A DNA stretch of 64,000 bases from Camelus dromedarius (GCF_036321535.1 NC_087437.1:116066001-116130000); one strand, 5' to 3'. Counted from the stretch's first letter, positions 23,890 through 36,690 are shown. Numbers and translations: made by a program. The notes: a model not told the origin generated them from the letters alone.

Positions 23890-24070
23890 ACCGTCTCCAC
23901 GTCACTGCTCTGCCTCCTGGGTCACTGCGGCCTTAAAGAGACGGCTGTCGTCAGGCCCGAGGGCCAGTCTCACTGGTGAGAGCCTGGTCACACGGCTTCA
24001 CATAACTGCCAGGGAGGCTGGGAAATACAGAGGAATCCATGGGTGTGGGGTGACATCACAATCCTCTGCC
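23890..24070 (-). mobile_element. Old MLT1 LTR fragment
   Basis: CTCACTGGTGAGAGCCTGGTCACACGGC...AACTGCCAGGGAGGCTGGGAAATA. Confidence 0.5.
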
Positions 24071-25494
24071 AGAGAGCTTCAGTTTCCGCTGGATGTCCAC
24101 ATGGATACTGCTTGTCACCTGTGTCTCAGTAGGCTGTCAGTGACGTTAGCCAAGCACTCAAGGAGGAGTTAACAAACCAGGAAGGAGGTGAAGGCTGTGT
24201 TCATGATTATGTATTAATTAGGCTCAACTGCAAGTTCAAGTCTGCAGATTATAGGCGGGAATAACTGCTGGAAGATTTTACTTGGGGTGATTCTGCTTCA
24301 TAAGGGCAAAGAAAAGAAATGAAAAACGTCCTTCTTTTCAAGGAAGCAAAAACCAAATCACCAACGCTATGGACTGAGTATGTGCTAAGTCGGAGCTAAG
24401 TGGGGCTCCAGGTCCAACCCAGGCCGCCCCAGTGGAAAGAGGGCGAGGTTGACTGCTGGATGAGTGAGAAACAGGCAGAGCTGAGAGGAAGCAGCGGTTC
24501 CTGAAAGTAAGAACAATGACCTTTGGTAAAAAGGGTCAAGGAAGATGCCCTGCCAGCTTGGGCCTCATGGGTCTTCGGAGGTGGACGACCCTACCCGTCA
24601 GTGCCCAGCTTGCCTGTGGGCGCCTTCCCTAACCTTCCCAGGGTCACAGACCTTGGTGATGTGATCACCTCTAGGCACGGCCTCTCCTAACGTGTAACGT
24701 GACCTCTAGCCCCCAAGGAGGTCAGCATCCCCGAGTCTGGGCGATCTCTCCCATTAGCCCTGCATCACTGTAGAAAGCTTGGCTTCTTCCAAGTCTCGGC
24801 GCACTCTCCTCTAGGAGTGTCCGGATGCCGATTTACCTTCCCCAGAGGGAGCACGTGACCTTCTCCTGACTGTCTTCAGAAGGAATTTTCTCTACTTAAG
24901 CTTCTAGAAAAGTGTGCTTCCTTGAGCTGGGTGTGCGATGTCAGCCTATCCCCAAGACGTACAGTGAGGTGGGTGGAACCATCTGGGATGCCATGAGCCA
25001 AGTGCACTGTCCCTTCTGCATTACAGACAAGCTGGTACCAAGAGCAGCAACATCAACCATCCAGTCCTCGCTTCACCCCAATACGAGAGACCCACTGTGT
25101 GGTGTCTTACCCTTTGCTGTCACCTAACGGTCTCTACCCTGCGCTGTTCATGAGCTGCCTTCTCCAGCCCCTCATTACACCACGTGGCCCAGCCTGGATT
25201 CTTTGCTTGCATTTCTTGCCTGTTGACTCCTCAGATGCCTGACAGCTCTAAGTATATTCACCCTGGCCTTTCTCAGTCTGTGCGTCCTCAGGCCAGGTCG
25301 GCGGCAACCTACCACTCTCCACCAAGGGCATCTCTCCTCCTTCTGGGGGCCAGGTCTGCCTTTTCTAATGGAACTTGGTGTCAGTGAACTGTCATTGAAC
25401 AAAGCCATAGTGGGCAGAAAGAGGAGAAAAAACAACTCCTCCTGGGCCATCCCAGATCCCAGTCCAGAGAAAAACGTCGGGGCTAAGTGTTCCT

Positions 25495-25625
25495 GCACAG
25501 TGGTCGGCTAACATGACCTTGGACAAGTCATCTAATATACCTGCAGCTCAGGATTCTTCATCTGTAATTGTGGATGATACCTCTGTCCTGCCCTGCACGG
25601 TTGTTGAAAGAGCCGGAATGAGTCC
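25495..25625 (+). mobile_element. MIR fragment
   Basis: TGACCTTGGACAAGTCATCTAAT...CTCAGGATTCTTCATCTGTAATTGTGGATGATA, a MIR core. Confidence 0.7.
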
Positions 25626-26614
25626 AGCAGAAAAGGCAAAGACCGCGAAAATGTAAGCTGTTGCTGCTGATCTGTACCAGGAAGGTCCTGTGTTGGCTTT
25701 TAGTGCCTTCATGTTAAAATTTACTTGTTGTATTAATTTGCACTCAGCTTGCATTTATTATTTAAAAGTGTCCTCCTCCCTTTTCTGTTTCTCCTAAAAG
25801 AATGACATCAGTTGCTTTTCCAGCTACACCCTGCTGTTCTAGCCAGCGTTTGGGAGATCAGCCGTTTGCCTCCTTGGTATTAAGCGAACACACCACAGCT
25901 ATTTGCCTGGCGCAGTCTCCACCATTTCAAGGTATTCTTCTCCTCTGCTCCTCTGTGGTATTAAAGGTCCTTCCAGTGAGCACACTGGGACGGAGGGCCG
26001 TCTGCAGATTTCAAGGTTAGTGGAGAGGTGAGACACAGCTCTCAGGATGAGTCTGCAGGAACATACCAGCTTTTTTGCAGACACGAACTCTTCATATTGA
26101 AAATAAACGCCACTGGATCCACAGTCTCACATTTTTATGATACATTTATATTGATCTTGTGTTTGCATATCAAAGAGAAATGGCTGAACAGACATTTTAA
26201 CGTAGTGGAATGATTATTGATTCTCAGCACTCGGGAAAGCACATCTGTTTAGTCTTTAGGATTCATTACAGTAAACTAAAGGGCATGGAGAAGAGAGGAA
26301 GCGTGAGTTTAATGCTTAGAATAAGAACCTTGAGCATCACTAAGCTACCACCTCTTGTGAGCTCTGCAAATCATTTGACTTTTTTATTATTGCTATGCCC
26401 CTCTCCTGTGTCAGGGCCCTCCTCTGCCCACATACAAGAGAGCTTCTGCCCCAGTCCCAGGTCACAGTGCACAGCACTGTCCTTACATAATTTTTTCTTT
26501 GATTTCAAGCAAAGGGCTTAAGAGTAAAAGGGAAGAGTGTTCACATCAATGAAGACTCAACCACTGGTCCCTTTGCTGGTTACATGTGTTTTCCCCTCTA
26601 ATATTTTACAACAT

Positions 26615-27600
26615 TTAAACCATTTTTATTATGAAATATAACACACTGCAAAAAAGTGTGCATGACAGACATGTACAGCATAAGGATGCATCGTAACGTG
26701 ACCCAGACCCACCGCCGCGGGCACCGCAGAAGCCACCCAGCAGCCCTCCATCACTGCGCCTCCCTCTCACCCAGTCAGCACCACCATGCTGGCTTTTGTA
26801 ATCTCCCCCTCGCTTTGATTTATTCTTTGAGCTCTTAAGCACCAGAAACACAGTAGTTTAGTCTGGACTCTTTTCTATGAATAAATCATATACAGCCTGC
26901 ATTGTTTTGTATCCGGTTTCTTTCGCTCAGTACGCTTCTGAGATTCCACGTTGTCACATGTAGCTATAGTTTGTACATTTTTTTATTACTGCTCACTATT
27001 ATTTGTCCGTATTTATTATTGTGTATGATATACTGTAACTTAATTATCATTATTGCTGCTTATAGATTTGTAGGTTGTTTCTATTTTCAACTCTAAGAAT
27101 AATGCTACTAAAAACATTCCCTCTCTTGGTGCAAATGCACACACTTACATTTGGTATATGCTATAGTGTGGAACACCCAGGCATGGTCAGAGATCCATGT
27201 TTGCTATCAGTGAATAAGGCCAAATAGTTTTCTAAAGCAGTGGTACCAGATTACACTCCTACAAGCAGTGTGCGCACTTCCATTGCCTCATGTCCTCACT
27301 GCTACTTGGTATCACCCATCTTTTTCATTTTTGCCTTTTCACTGGGTGTGTGTTACCTCCACACTGTGATTTTATCTTGTTTTTCCCTGTCAGATTTCAG
27401 GTATTTCTTGGTCACTATGGTATACTCTGTTCAAATCTCTTGCCTATGTTTCTATTTTGCTGTTTTTATTATCCTTGATTTAGAGGAGCTCTTGATATAG
27501 TCTGAATACAAGCCTATGGTTGGTTTGATATGTTGCAAACTCCTTGTCACCTCTGTGACTATGATACAGTTATTTTTCAGTTTGTAGAATTTATTTTTTC
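26615..27600 (-). mobile_element. Ancient L1 (L1ME-like) 3' region
   Basis: TTTTTATTATGAAATATAACACA...TTCTTTCGCTCAGTACGCTTCTGAGATTCCAC...TAGGTTGTTTCTATTTT...TTACACTCCTACAAGCAGTG...ATATGTTGCAAA. Confidence 0.7.
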
Positions 27601-27621
27601 TCTGCTATGAGCTTAGGCATT

Positions 27622-28027
27622 GTATTAGTTTTCAGTGGCTGCTATAATGAATTACCACCAACTTGGTGGCTTGAAACAAAATAAATTTATCCTTGCACAG
27701 TTCTAGAGGCCAAAAATATGAAATCAAGGTGTCTTTGGGGCTGTGCTTTTTGCTGATTGCAGTTTCTGATGGCCGTGCACATTCCGTGGCTTGTGGATAC
27801 AATACTCCAACGTCTACCTCCATCTTCACAATGTCAGTCTTCTCATCTGTTGCAGGGATTTGTCATTAGATGTAGGGTCTACCTGACTAATCCAGGATAA
27901 TCTCATCTCAAGATCCTTAACTTAATTACATCTGCAAAGACCCTTTACCCAAATCCTGTCACAATCACAGGTTTCAGGAGTTAAGATGTGGACAGAACAT
28001 TTCGGGGAACACCACTCAGTCCACACA
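27622..28027 (-). mobile_element. MaLR solo LTR (MLT1B/C/D-like)
   Basis: TGTATTAGTTTTCAGTGGCTGCTATAATGAATTACCACCAACTTGGTGGCTT...CTTAATTACATCTGCAAAGACCCTTT...CACTCAGTCCACACA. Confidence 0.85.
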
Positions 28028-28904
28028 GAAGTTATACATTCACTTACTGTTCCTCTCATGACTACAGTCAAAGGTAAAATACACACTCTTGACTTCTTTT
28101 AAGGGCAAATCTTAGTGCCTTTAATTTTTTCCCAGAAAATGCAATGACATTAGATTACTTTAAATTTATTTATTACCCTCACAACCTACGAATTATTGCT
28201 GAAGTCTATTTTATTATACTTACTGTAAACCTAAAAGGACATTATTATTTTTGGGTTCTGCAGTCTCTATATGGGCAGCACCATATAGCTGGAAGAAGCA
28301 GTCATTCTTGCTGAAGTATCCAGTCAATGACGCCAGAACAGTGTTGGTTTTTTTTTTTCCCTTCAAAAGAATCAGTTGAATTTCCTTTTCCCAAGTGGGT
28401 TTTATTTATCCACTTGTTTAATCCAGAAGTGATTATCTAGCACCTCCTACATGCCAGGAACTGGGAATAGAGGCAGAAGCATGGGAGAGAAATTCTCCAA
28501 AGCATGGGTCATGAAATTGCCAAACTGGAGTTTCATTCTGGAGGAAACCTTGTGATCGTTCGGTGCCTCAAACCCTTCTTGTGCTAATAAGGGAAATGAC
28601 AGCTAGTCAGTTGACTGACTTTCTGTGCCAGGAGGTCACACAGTCAGACCCCTGAAATCCTCAAAACCCCAGTCTAGCACTCATAATCCTGGAGTAGACA
28701 TGAGCTCCCAACTCAACAAATGGATGTTAAGCAGACAAGGCTATGCAGACATTGAAGAAGGAGACAATGAAAAATGCTGATTTACAGACACACACATCTC
28801 CACCTCTTGGAAATGTGTACCTCTGGTCAAAATATAGTGCCCATGGCCCAAGATCTATGGACTGCTCCAGTAGTGGAAAGCTTTACTATCTTCTTAGTGG
28901 TAAT

Positions 28905-29130
28905 CATAAAAGTTAACATCCCTTGAGCACTCACAATACTCCGGGCTTTGTGTTAAGAGTATTATGGGGGTGGGGAAGCCCATATAAGTCATTCGCCCGC
29001 TTTATGAGGTTGGTGTTATTATCCTCATCCCTTTTTAAAGATGAGGATATGGAGGTGCAGAAGTTCAGGTGGTGTCATGGCGAGTGGTGGAGCCAGGGTT
29101 CTAACCTGGAGAACTGAGCCCCTCCTCTGC
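28905..29130 (-). mobile_element. MIR
   Basis: CTTGAGCACTCAC...TATGAGGTTGGTGTTATTATCCTCAT...AGATGAGGATATGGAGGTGCAGAAGTT...GGTGGAGCCAGGGTTCTAACC. Confidence 0.7.
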
Positions 29131-30159
29131 CCTCCAGGCAGCCCTGCCCATGGGCGCTGAGCCACAGAAAGGGGCAGCCATCCTCTCCAGGACTTCCCAT
29201 GCTGATCTCACAAACCCCCAGGTTCACACTGAGAAGGATGGCCCAGTCCTTCTGCGTCTCACCTGGATCTCTTGCTAGAATATTGCTCTTAATGGGTCTT
29301 CTTTGTGTATCAAAGGAAATAACCACAATTTTCCACCTAAAATATGGCCAATGTATCAGAAAGAGGAAGATGTATGGGAAGAGTGGATGTATCATACATG
29401 GCTTGTCCGCACGGTGCTGGCGTAGTGACACAGTGAATGGAGACAGATGAGCAGAAAGACGGTTGGAAGTGTCCTATTTTAACAAAGTGCTCTCTCTCCA
29501 GAAAAAAAGCTACCGCAAAATGTTTGCTTTGCAATCAGGCAATCACTTGTTAAAAACACCCATATTTCCAAGAGGCATTAGGAACTGACAGAAACATGAC
29601 GCCGCCGCCATCACTTGTGAATTCATACCAACCACGATGAATATAAATGAGAAGGAGCAGGGGTTCTAAATGGATCCCTGCAGACTCATCGCAGCACTCC
29701 TGACATTTGACAAGCTGGTTTGCAAGGGAATCTTCAGGGCACGGGTTGGCAGGCGGTGGTGACAACGCCAAGTGCCACTTGGGACTGGAATCTCAGCATT
29801 AGTATTCTCTGCAGGGAGGATGCCAGCTTCAGTGTCTAATCACAAATCCTGATCGGTGCATCTCAAGTGTCATTTAGGTAAAATTAATTCTGATTGATGG
29901 GGCCTGATTCCTGCTTTTAGTTCTGGAGTTGCTTGCTCTGACTGTAATTGGATTGAAACACACATAAAGGAGTTGTGAGAGATGAGAATGGACTGACTTA
30001 GTCATCAGTGTCCTATAATCTGTCCCCCTACATTGAGACCATAAATAACATTGCCTGTCCTCTGGGAGGAACAGATAGTGATGTTATGCGCGTTGATCTT
30101 TTTCTTTTTCTTCATATCTTCTAAATTAAACTTTGTAAAATAAGCTTTAATAAGTTGAA

Positions 30160-30470
30160 AAGTGGGGCTGTAGTTATCTGAAGGTTCAACTGGGCTGGAT
30201 GTTCGAGACGATTTGTCCATGAGGCTGGTAACTGATGCTGCTGTCAGCTGGAGCTCAGCTGGGAGGTCAGGCAGAGTGCCCACGTGTGGCTTCTTTATCA
30301 AGTCAGTCTCAGCATGGTCTTTACTGAACTCACATCTAAAACTATGCAAGGTCATTTCAACTGGTAAGGTTATAAGCAATTCCCTAAGATTAACCCAGAC
30401 TCAGGGGGAAGCGCCATTGCCCTCCCAGTCTTGGTAGGAGACGTGTCAAGGAATTTGTAGACACGTTCCC
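30160..30470 (-). mobile_element. MLT1F/G/H-like LTR fragment
   Basis: GGGCTGTAGTTATCTGAAGGTTCAACTGGGCTGGATG...GCTGTCAGCTGGAGCTCAGCTGG...GTGTCAAGGAATTTGTAGACA. Confidence 0.65.
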
Positions 30471-30489
30471 TTCCCATCAAGAGGCTGAG

Positions 30490-30745
30490 TCTAAGGGTGG
30501 GAAGGGATAGACGGGATTTCAAGATTGTAGAATAGATAAACAAGATTATACTGTATAGCACAGGGAAATAGACACAAGATTTTATGGTAGCTCACGGAGA
30601 AAAAACGTGACAATGAATATGTTCATGTATAACTGAAAAATTGTGCTCTACACTGGAATTTGACACAACATTGTAAAATGACTATAACTCAATAAAAAAT
30701 GTTTATATATAAAAACGAAACAGAACAAACAAACAAAAAATAAAA
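30490..30745 (+). mobile_element. Younger L1 3' UTR end with A-rich tail
   Basis: GGGAAGGGATAGACGGGATTTCAAGATTGTAGAATAGATAAACAAGATTATACTGTATAGCACAGGGAAATA...ACATTGTAAAATGACTATAACTCAATAAAAAATG, then an A-rich tail. Confidence 0.85.
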
Positions 30746-33149
30746 TGTCTTGCCAAACCTCCCCCCCCCAAAATAAAAAAAATAAAGAAATGCTGCTCCC
30801 CCAGAAGGACAGGCCCCACGCTGGGATCCATGTCTGTCGGCCTGAGAATGCAGTTCTTCAAGACTGTGTTATACAGCCTGCGGCAAAGTCTGGGGGTCCT
30901 TGGGTACCCCAAGTCAGACCCCCTTCAAGGTCTCACTGCCAAGGAGAGTTACAAATGTGGCTCTTCCCCTGACCTCCCATCATGTCCTGCAAGAACTGTT
31001 GGATCATACACTCCACCCTCACCTGAATCAGACCTGGCCCCTCTCCCTCCCAAGGCAGACCCATGTGTTCAGAGGAAGGAGGATGTTCTTGTACTGGTCT
31101 CATAAAGGTGTTCTTTCTCTCTCTCCCTCTCTCCCTCCCCCACCCCACTGCAATTTCACATGATACCCTGTACAGCGCTAGCCTTTTCAATGATGCTCTG
31201 CTCCTGTCCCCTCAGGCCAGCTAGAGATACAAGCCAGTCCCCTAGCTACATAAAGATCTAACCATTTCCTGCTTGGAAATTACTGCTCAGAGAGACCTGG
31301 TTCAGCATTTAAACCACACCCTTTCTGCAAGTCTCTCTACTTGCTCAGGTTAGTTCATTCTCCCATTCCATCAACCTAAGTTATAAAAGATTTTCTTTCT
31401 AAAAGGAGTGTCATGTTTGGGCGTTTAATCTCTGATTCCTGCAGAAGCCAGTTCAACCCATTTTTCTCCCTTTGTTTGATCCTTGATCTTGTGAAACAGC
31501 CTCCCACACTCCAAGGGGGAGGGCTGTGTCCTTACCTTCTCCCGGATTCCCTTCCATGGACTTGCCCTCCCCCGGGGCTGTGGGGCTGGGATGCTTCAGC
31601 CAGGGGACCCTCTGCACACCTGGTGGGCGAGCTGTGGAGCCTCCCTCTCCTTTCAAAGTGCCCACAGATGGAGAAGCTGTGGGGTTGGTGGGGGATACTG
31701 ATCTCTCTCAGCATCACTTCTTGGACCGATTAATCCAGAGGTATGACGATAAAGCCCTGTGCGGGGCCCTAGCAGCAAGGAGGAAGAGGTAAGAGCAGGA
31801 GCAGGTCTATTATTTCGTATCTTTTCTGCATTTTAAATGTAATTAGTATTGCCCAGCACTTTGTAAGTACCCCAAATAGTGTCATGGAAAATGACTAGAT
31901 GACAGACATTTCCCAGAGAAGAGGGTTTTCCTCTACAGGCAATGAATTACTACTATGAAGTATTTGGGGGTTTCACTCTCTTCCAGATGTCCCCCCTGGT
32001 TCATAACAGGTGAGAGTTTCTTGTCTCTCTCTCAACTGCCACTTCCCTGATGAGGCAGAGAGGTTTTCTCATCTTTCGTGTCTCCACAGTAGCACCACCT
32101 CCCAAGTTCCTAAAAGCACACACACACACACACACCCTGCTTCCAGCCACCTGGTAGCTCTCTGCAAGTCTGCCAGAGAGTGTCTTCCCCTTGGGTACCC
32201 ATCCCAACCCCCTGGCTTTGAAGAGCAGCTGGTACCAGCAGAGAGACAGGAAACTAGCATGACCACAGGGTCTGGGGACAAGATGGACCCTCCCATTGCT
32301 ATCACTGCCACATGACAAAAGCAGACACAAGAGCAGACAGACAGGGACCAAAGCGTCAGCTTTGCTGCTGACCACAGGAGGTCGCTCAGTGTGGCTCCTG
32401 TGTTCACCTGGTGGGCTCCCCAGCTCTCCACTTGTACCTTCTCCCGTCTGGTTTCTGGAGCAGCTAGTGAGGGGAAAGCTGGACCTCCAAATCAGGCATG
32501 TTATCCATGATTGCTGCCTCTCATTGGTCCTGGGTGGAAAGGGGAGAAAGGAGATGGAATCCTTGCTGGTTACACTCTCCTAATAAAGCAGCTCCCTGCA
32601 ATCATGGGACATAAGCCCACGGCCCTCACCCATGCCTCTGTGTAGAAGGATCAGTGAGAACAAGAGGCTGAGAGGGTAAGCTGAGTGGCATCCCTTCCAC
32701 ATGTACTCACAAGGAATGGGAAATCGAGAGTCCCCCAGCCCCTCTGTTCTCTTAATGCTTAACCACTGGTCTTGAGCATTAAGCCCCAGGTCGGCCATCA
32801 GCTCAGTCTTACTCCTGCCTTCAGCAGCCCACGCCCTCTTGGTGCAACCTTCCTGGGACCACTGCTAGGCAGGCTCTATTTTGCTCCCAGAAGCTGTCCA
32901 TTGTGTCAGAATAGTGAAATATTCAAATTAACTTTGAGCCACCGTGGAGTCAAGGCTGAAAATCTATTCTTTTCTATATTTCTTTGCAGTATTTTTTTCC
33001 CCAGCCATATTGCCCAATGCAGCTTATCTGAGATTCTGCAGTGTGATTAAAAGTCAACATTAGATGATCTGGGAATACAATGTCAATAACCTGGAGATAA
33101 CTCAAAGTTGACTGCAAAGCCTTCTTTTATTAAATTCTGTTTTAGTGGA

Positions 33150-34350
33150 ATAGATGAGGCTATCCTGCAGTAACAAGTAATCCCCAGATCTTGGTGGATT
33201 AATGCTGGGAAGGTTTATTTCCATAGACTTCGCTGGTCCGCTGGGAGCTCCGCTCTGCACCCCCGTGGTCTTACTCTCAGGTGCCCGCCTGAGAGCATAG
33301 CCACCATCTGCTGTATTGTTACTGAGCAGGATCTTATTATCATCGGTAACCATCTGATACCTATAATAGCGTTCGTAACTGCTTAACCGTGTACTGGTTT
33401 GAAGGGCTTTCCTCATGCTCTTGCTGACCAGGCTTAGAATGGAGAGGAGGGGGGCTTGGGTGGCCCACCCAACCCCCTCGTGGTGCTGGCCGGGGACCAT
33501 GCTCAGTGCCCTGCTTTTGCCCCCAGTGCCCCCCTCTTGACCCCAACACCTCAAAAATGGCAGCTGGGTGTTTTGTGCATCTTGCTGTTCATAACTCGCT
33601 CCGCCTGCACATATCTGCAGTTGTTTCTGACCCCTTTGATTTCCTCTTATCTTACTGTTCAAGCAGCAAGTCTCAGCCTGTAGCAGGAGGTCCCAGGCCT
33701 CAGCCTGCTTAAAAGGCTGAAAGCATTTATCCACCTGACTCTAAACTGCACAAGTTTCTCTCCAGAGCTCTTTTCCATGGAGCCCTCTCCTATGCATCCT
33801 TTGTTCTAGGAACAAGGCTGTTAAGAAAGTCCTAAAGCCAGAGGTGGACTTCACACCCAGCAGAGGGAAGGGACCACTGCATCTGCAGAAACAGGAGCAA
33901 CTTTATAACAATTTGTTACCCTGAATGCGGTCTGTATGGAAACTAGCTTCACTCCCTGAACTCTGAATTTTGCTATAAAATCCCCTGCCTTTTCTCCCCA
34001 ACAGGCTCACCACTGTCTCAGAGACATTAGCCCACTGTGACCTCCCTTGCCTGACAAAGAAATAAAGCTGCCTTTTCTGCTTCATCCAAAACTCTGTCCT
34101 CAAGTCTCAGCTTGGTAAGTGGGGTGTGGAGGCTGTGTTTTGACAACAGTATTGCCAGTCATGGGTCAGAGGAAATAGCAAGCTTAGCTAAGCACAGGCT
34201 GACGCCTAAAGCTTTCACCTGGAAGTGACAACTGTGTCCCCTCTGTTGACTTTCGGTAGGCCAAAGCAAGCTACAGGCAACGCCTGAGTTCAAAAGAGGC
34301 GCGGGAGCCCCGTTCCCCCGCCTGCCTGCAGGAGAAGAGCTAGAATAGGG
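33150..34350 (-). mobile_element. Old MLT1 (I/J-like) LTR, interrupted by the ERV1 LTR at 33317-34148
   Basis: AGGCTATCCTGCAGTAACAAGTAATCCCCAGATCTTGGTGG...CCACCATCTGCTGTAT continues after the insertion as TGCCAGTCATGGGTCAGAGG...CTGGAAGTGACA...GGCCAAAGCAAG. Confidence 0.65.
33317..34148 (+). mobile_element. ERV1-class solo LTR (832 bp)
   Basis: Termini TGTTA...CAACA; perfect 4-bp TSD GTAT (33313-16, 34149-52); TATAAAA at 33974-80; AATAAA at 34061-66; homologous to 48350-49277. Confidence 0.9.
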
Positions 34351-35224
34351 TAAGCATCTCTAAGAAGCAGCATAAATTTTCAGGGAGAAATTGAAGGCCA
34401 CAGATATTAAATATTCTTGTAAGTGCAAAGTTCAACTAATTTTGTGACTGAAGTAATTAAAGTCCAAAATTAAATACTCTTGCTCCTTTGAAGTCAAGTC
34501 CAAAGTCTATAATTCCTGATTTTAAATGAATGTTCAACGCAATTACAGTCCTCTCCCTTTTCTTCTTTTCTGATGATTAGTGTCTGGGTTTCTTCAAAAT
34601 CGTGTGTGAACTGGGTCACCATCTAACACAACGGACTTGATGCCTTTAGGACTTCAGACATTGAGTTATTTCAGTTTCTCAGTCCCCACTTTAGAGAATC
34701 AGGAGGTCTTGGGACCCACAAGATTGTCACAGCACTGACCCAACATCACTAACTCACCTCAAGTCCCAGAGAAGCCGCCCGGAGTGAAATGCGGATCTCA
34801 GGACATCGCATTTGGTAAAGTCTTGACCTGCGTTGTTGATGTCAAACATGAAGTGGAAACTCAGTGGGATCGGAGGGCAAGTTAAAGAATAAAGACGAAC
34901 TAAAGGAAGGAGGATAAAGAAAACTGCCTGCCCAAGATCAAGCTGCAGCCGTCTGCACAGTGAGGCTGTGCCGCCAGCTTGATGGGTCCTCAGGTCCCCT
35001 CTTGTTAAGAGTGGCTCTGTCCCCATAAGTACCAACTGCTGGGCCCGAGTCCAGGGTGAGGGTATGGGGAAGGTGATGGAAGGCGGGTCCCCCATCAACC
35101 TTCTCAGTCTCACCAACTCTTCACTCCTGGGGATTCCCAGCTTTTACGGCAGGCATCTATGCCAAGTGCCCCGGGTGCCTTCTGCACACAAATTTGGGGT
35201 CTTTGGAGGGTCACTAAGTAAAAG

Positions 35225-35730
35225 TCTTACTGAGTCCAAACTCGTTCTGCTCACTGCACAGCAGGCCAGTAAATTGGGAGACGAGGTTTCAGGGCAAGGA
35301 ATAGCGACTTTATTCGGAAAGCTGGCAGACTGATAAGATGGCAGACTAATATCCTGGAGAACCATCTTCCCCCAAGTTAGAATTCAGGCTCTTTTTATAC
35401 TAAAAAGGGGATGGGGTGTCCTTGTTGCAGACTTCTTGGTGTTGGAATCCTTGGTTCTTGCAGCTGTCCACGTGGGCCAGGTCATTGTGTCCCTGCAAAC
35501 TCCCCACAAAACAGATGTTATTTTCTGTTCTGCAGTTTTTTATCTTTATATGAACGCAAAAGTGTTAACACCCTGGAAGGTCAGGCCTTGAGGATGGGCC
35601 CTCCTGTATATTTGAGGCTATAGCAACATTCTTCTACAAAAAGTGCAGAACCAGCCCAGGAAACAGAGCACACGATTAAATCCAAAGGAACAGGTCTAAT
35701 ATGGAGTCAGATTTGTTCTTTTCTATTACA
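35225..35730 (-). mobile_element. ERV1-class solo LTR, MER41-like (506 bp)
   Basis: Minus strand starts TGTAATAGAAAAGAACAAATCTGACTCCATATTAG; TATAAAAA at 35399-35392; AATAAA at 35314-35309; flanks AAAG (35221-24) / ACAG (35731-34) give a 3/4 TSD match. The MER41 assignment is from recalled similarity. Confidence 0.75.
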
Positions 35731-36012
35731 ACAGCTCTCGTCTGCTCACATGATTCCTGAAACAACAGAAAACACAGAACCAGACGTGTCGGGATGAAAA
35801 TATAAGCTTATCGGGGTAACCGCTGGGCTGGAGGACCGGGCTGAGGCAGGCGATCAGCTGGGCTGGGGAGCGCTCTCCCGTCCAGCCCTCCCTTCCCGTG
35901 GGGACTGTCCAGCCCTTGGCACAGTCCAGCCAGGCTTTGTTTGTGTCTCCCAGAGTCACTCACCCAGGACTTCTGGCTCGCGCTGGCCATGGGAGGACAG
36001 GGAAGAAATGTA

Positions 36013-36140
36013 TTCATTTATTTACACATTCTTTCATTCATTCACTCAACAAACATTTATTGAGCGCCTAGTAATTACCAAGTGTGAACAAAACAGAAAA
36101 CGATCTTGCTCTCCCAGCACTGATATTTCAGTGGGGAAAC
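36013..36140 (-). mobile_element. L2 3' end
   Basis: TTCATTCATTCACTCAACAAACATTTATTGAGCGCCTA. Confidence 0.8.
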
Positions 36141-36514
36141 AAATCCTCCATCTTTACTGCCTTTTATTGAATTTGTTCTAATGAAACTCACTTTTTATCT
36201 GTGAGGAGAAGTGATGAAGGGCACTAACGGAGCCTGCTTCTCATGAGGAACGAGGGACACGTAATTCTCCCTAATCGCTCTGAAGGAGTGAAATGCGGTT
36301 TCTTTTCCGTAAGTGGTTGGACACATCGGAGGAGGCCACGCCCCTCTCCTGGGCTGGTGGGGGCGGGGGCATCTCACATCTGCGGACCCGTGGTCCCTTG
36401 TGTCTTCTGCTGCCCTGGCTCGTAGCACATTCTGCGGGGTTGGTTTCTGATTTCCTCGCTGGGCTGTGAGCTCCCCCACGGCCTTGCTCAATTCTAGAGG
36501 TCTGCGAAGTTAAT

Positions 36515-36690
36515 GAACGACTCTGAGGTTCCGAGCCTGGGTAACCTGGACCATGATATGTTTACAAATGGAAATAGAGGTATTGGAAAGAAATCTGTTT
36601 TTGAGGGGGAAACTGGTGAGTCTGGGTTTCGATCTCATGAAATGTTTAGGGGACAGCCCGATATTACTTGTGTCACTGGATTTAATGGCT
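36515..36690 (-). mobile_element. L2 internal fragment
   Basis: GACTCTGAGGTTCCGAGCCTGGGTAACCTGG...TTTTGAGGGGGAAACTGGTGAGTCTGGGTTT. Confidence 0.55.

Noticed and set aside
33102..33734. Longest ORF (210 aa), sharing peptide words with ORFs at 48490-48881
   Set aside because: It runs antisense through an ERV1 LTR and an MLT1. The shared words (SYEQQDA, QLPFLRC, HLAVHNS) simply reflect nucleotide homology between the two LTRs.
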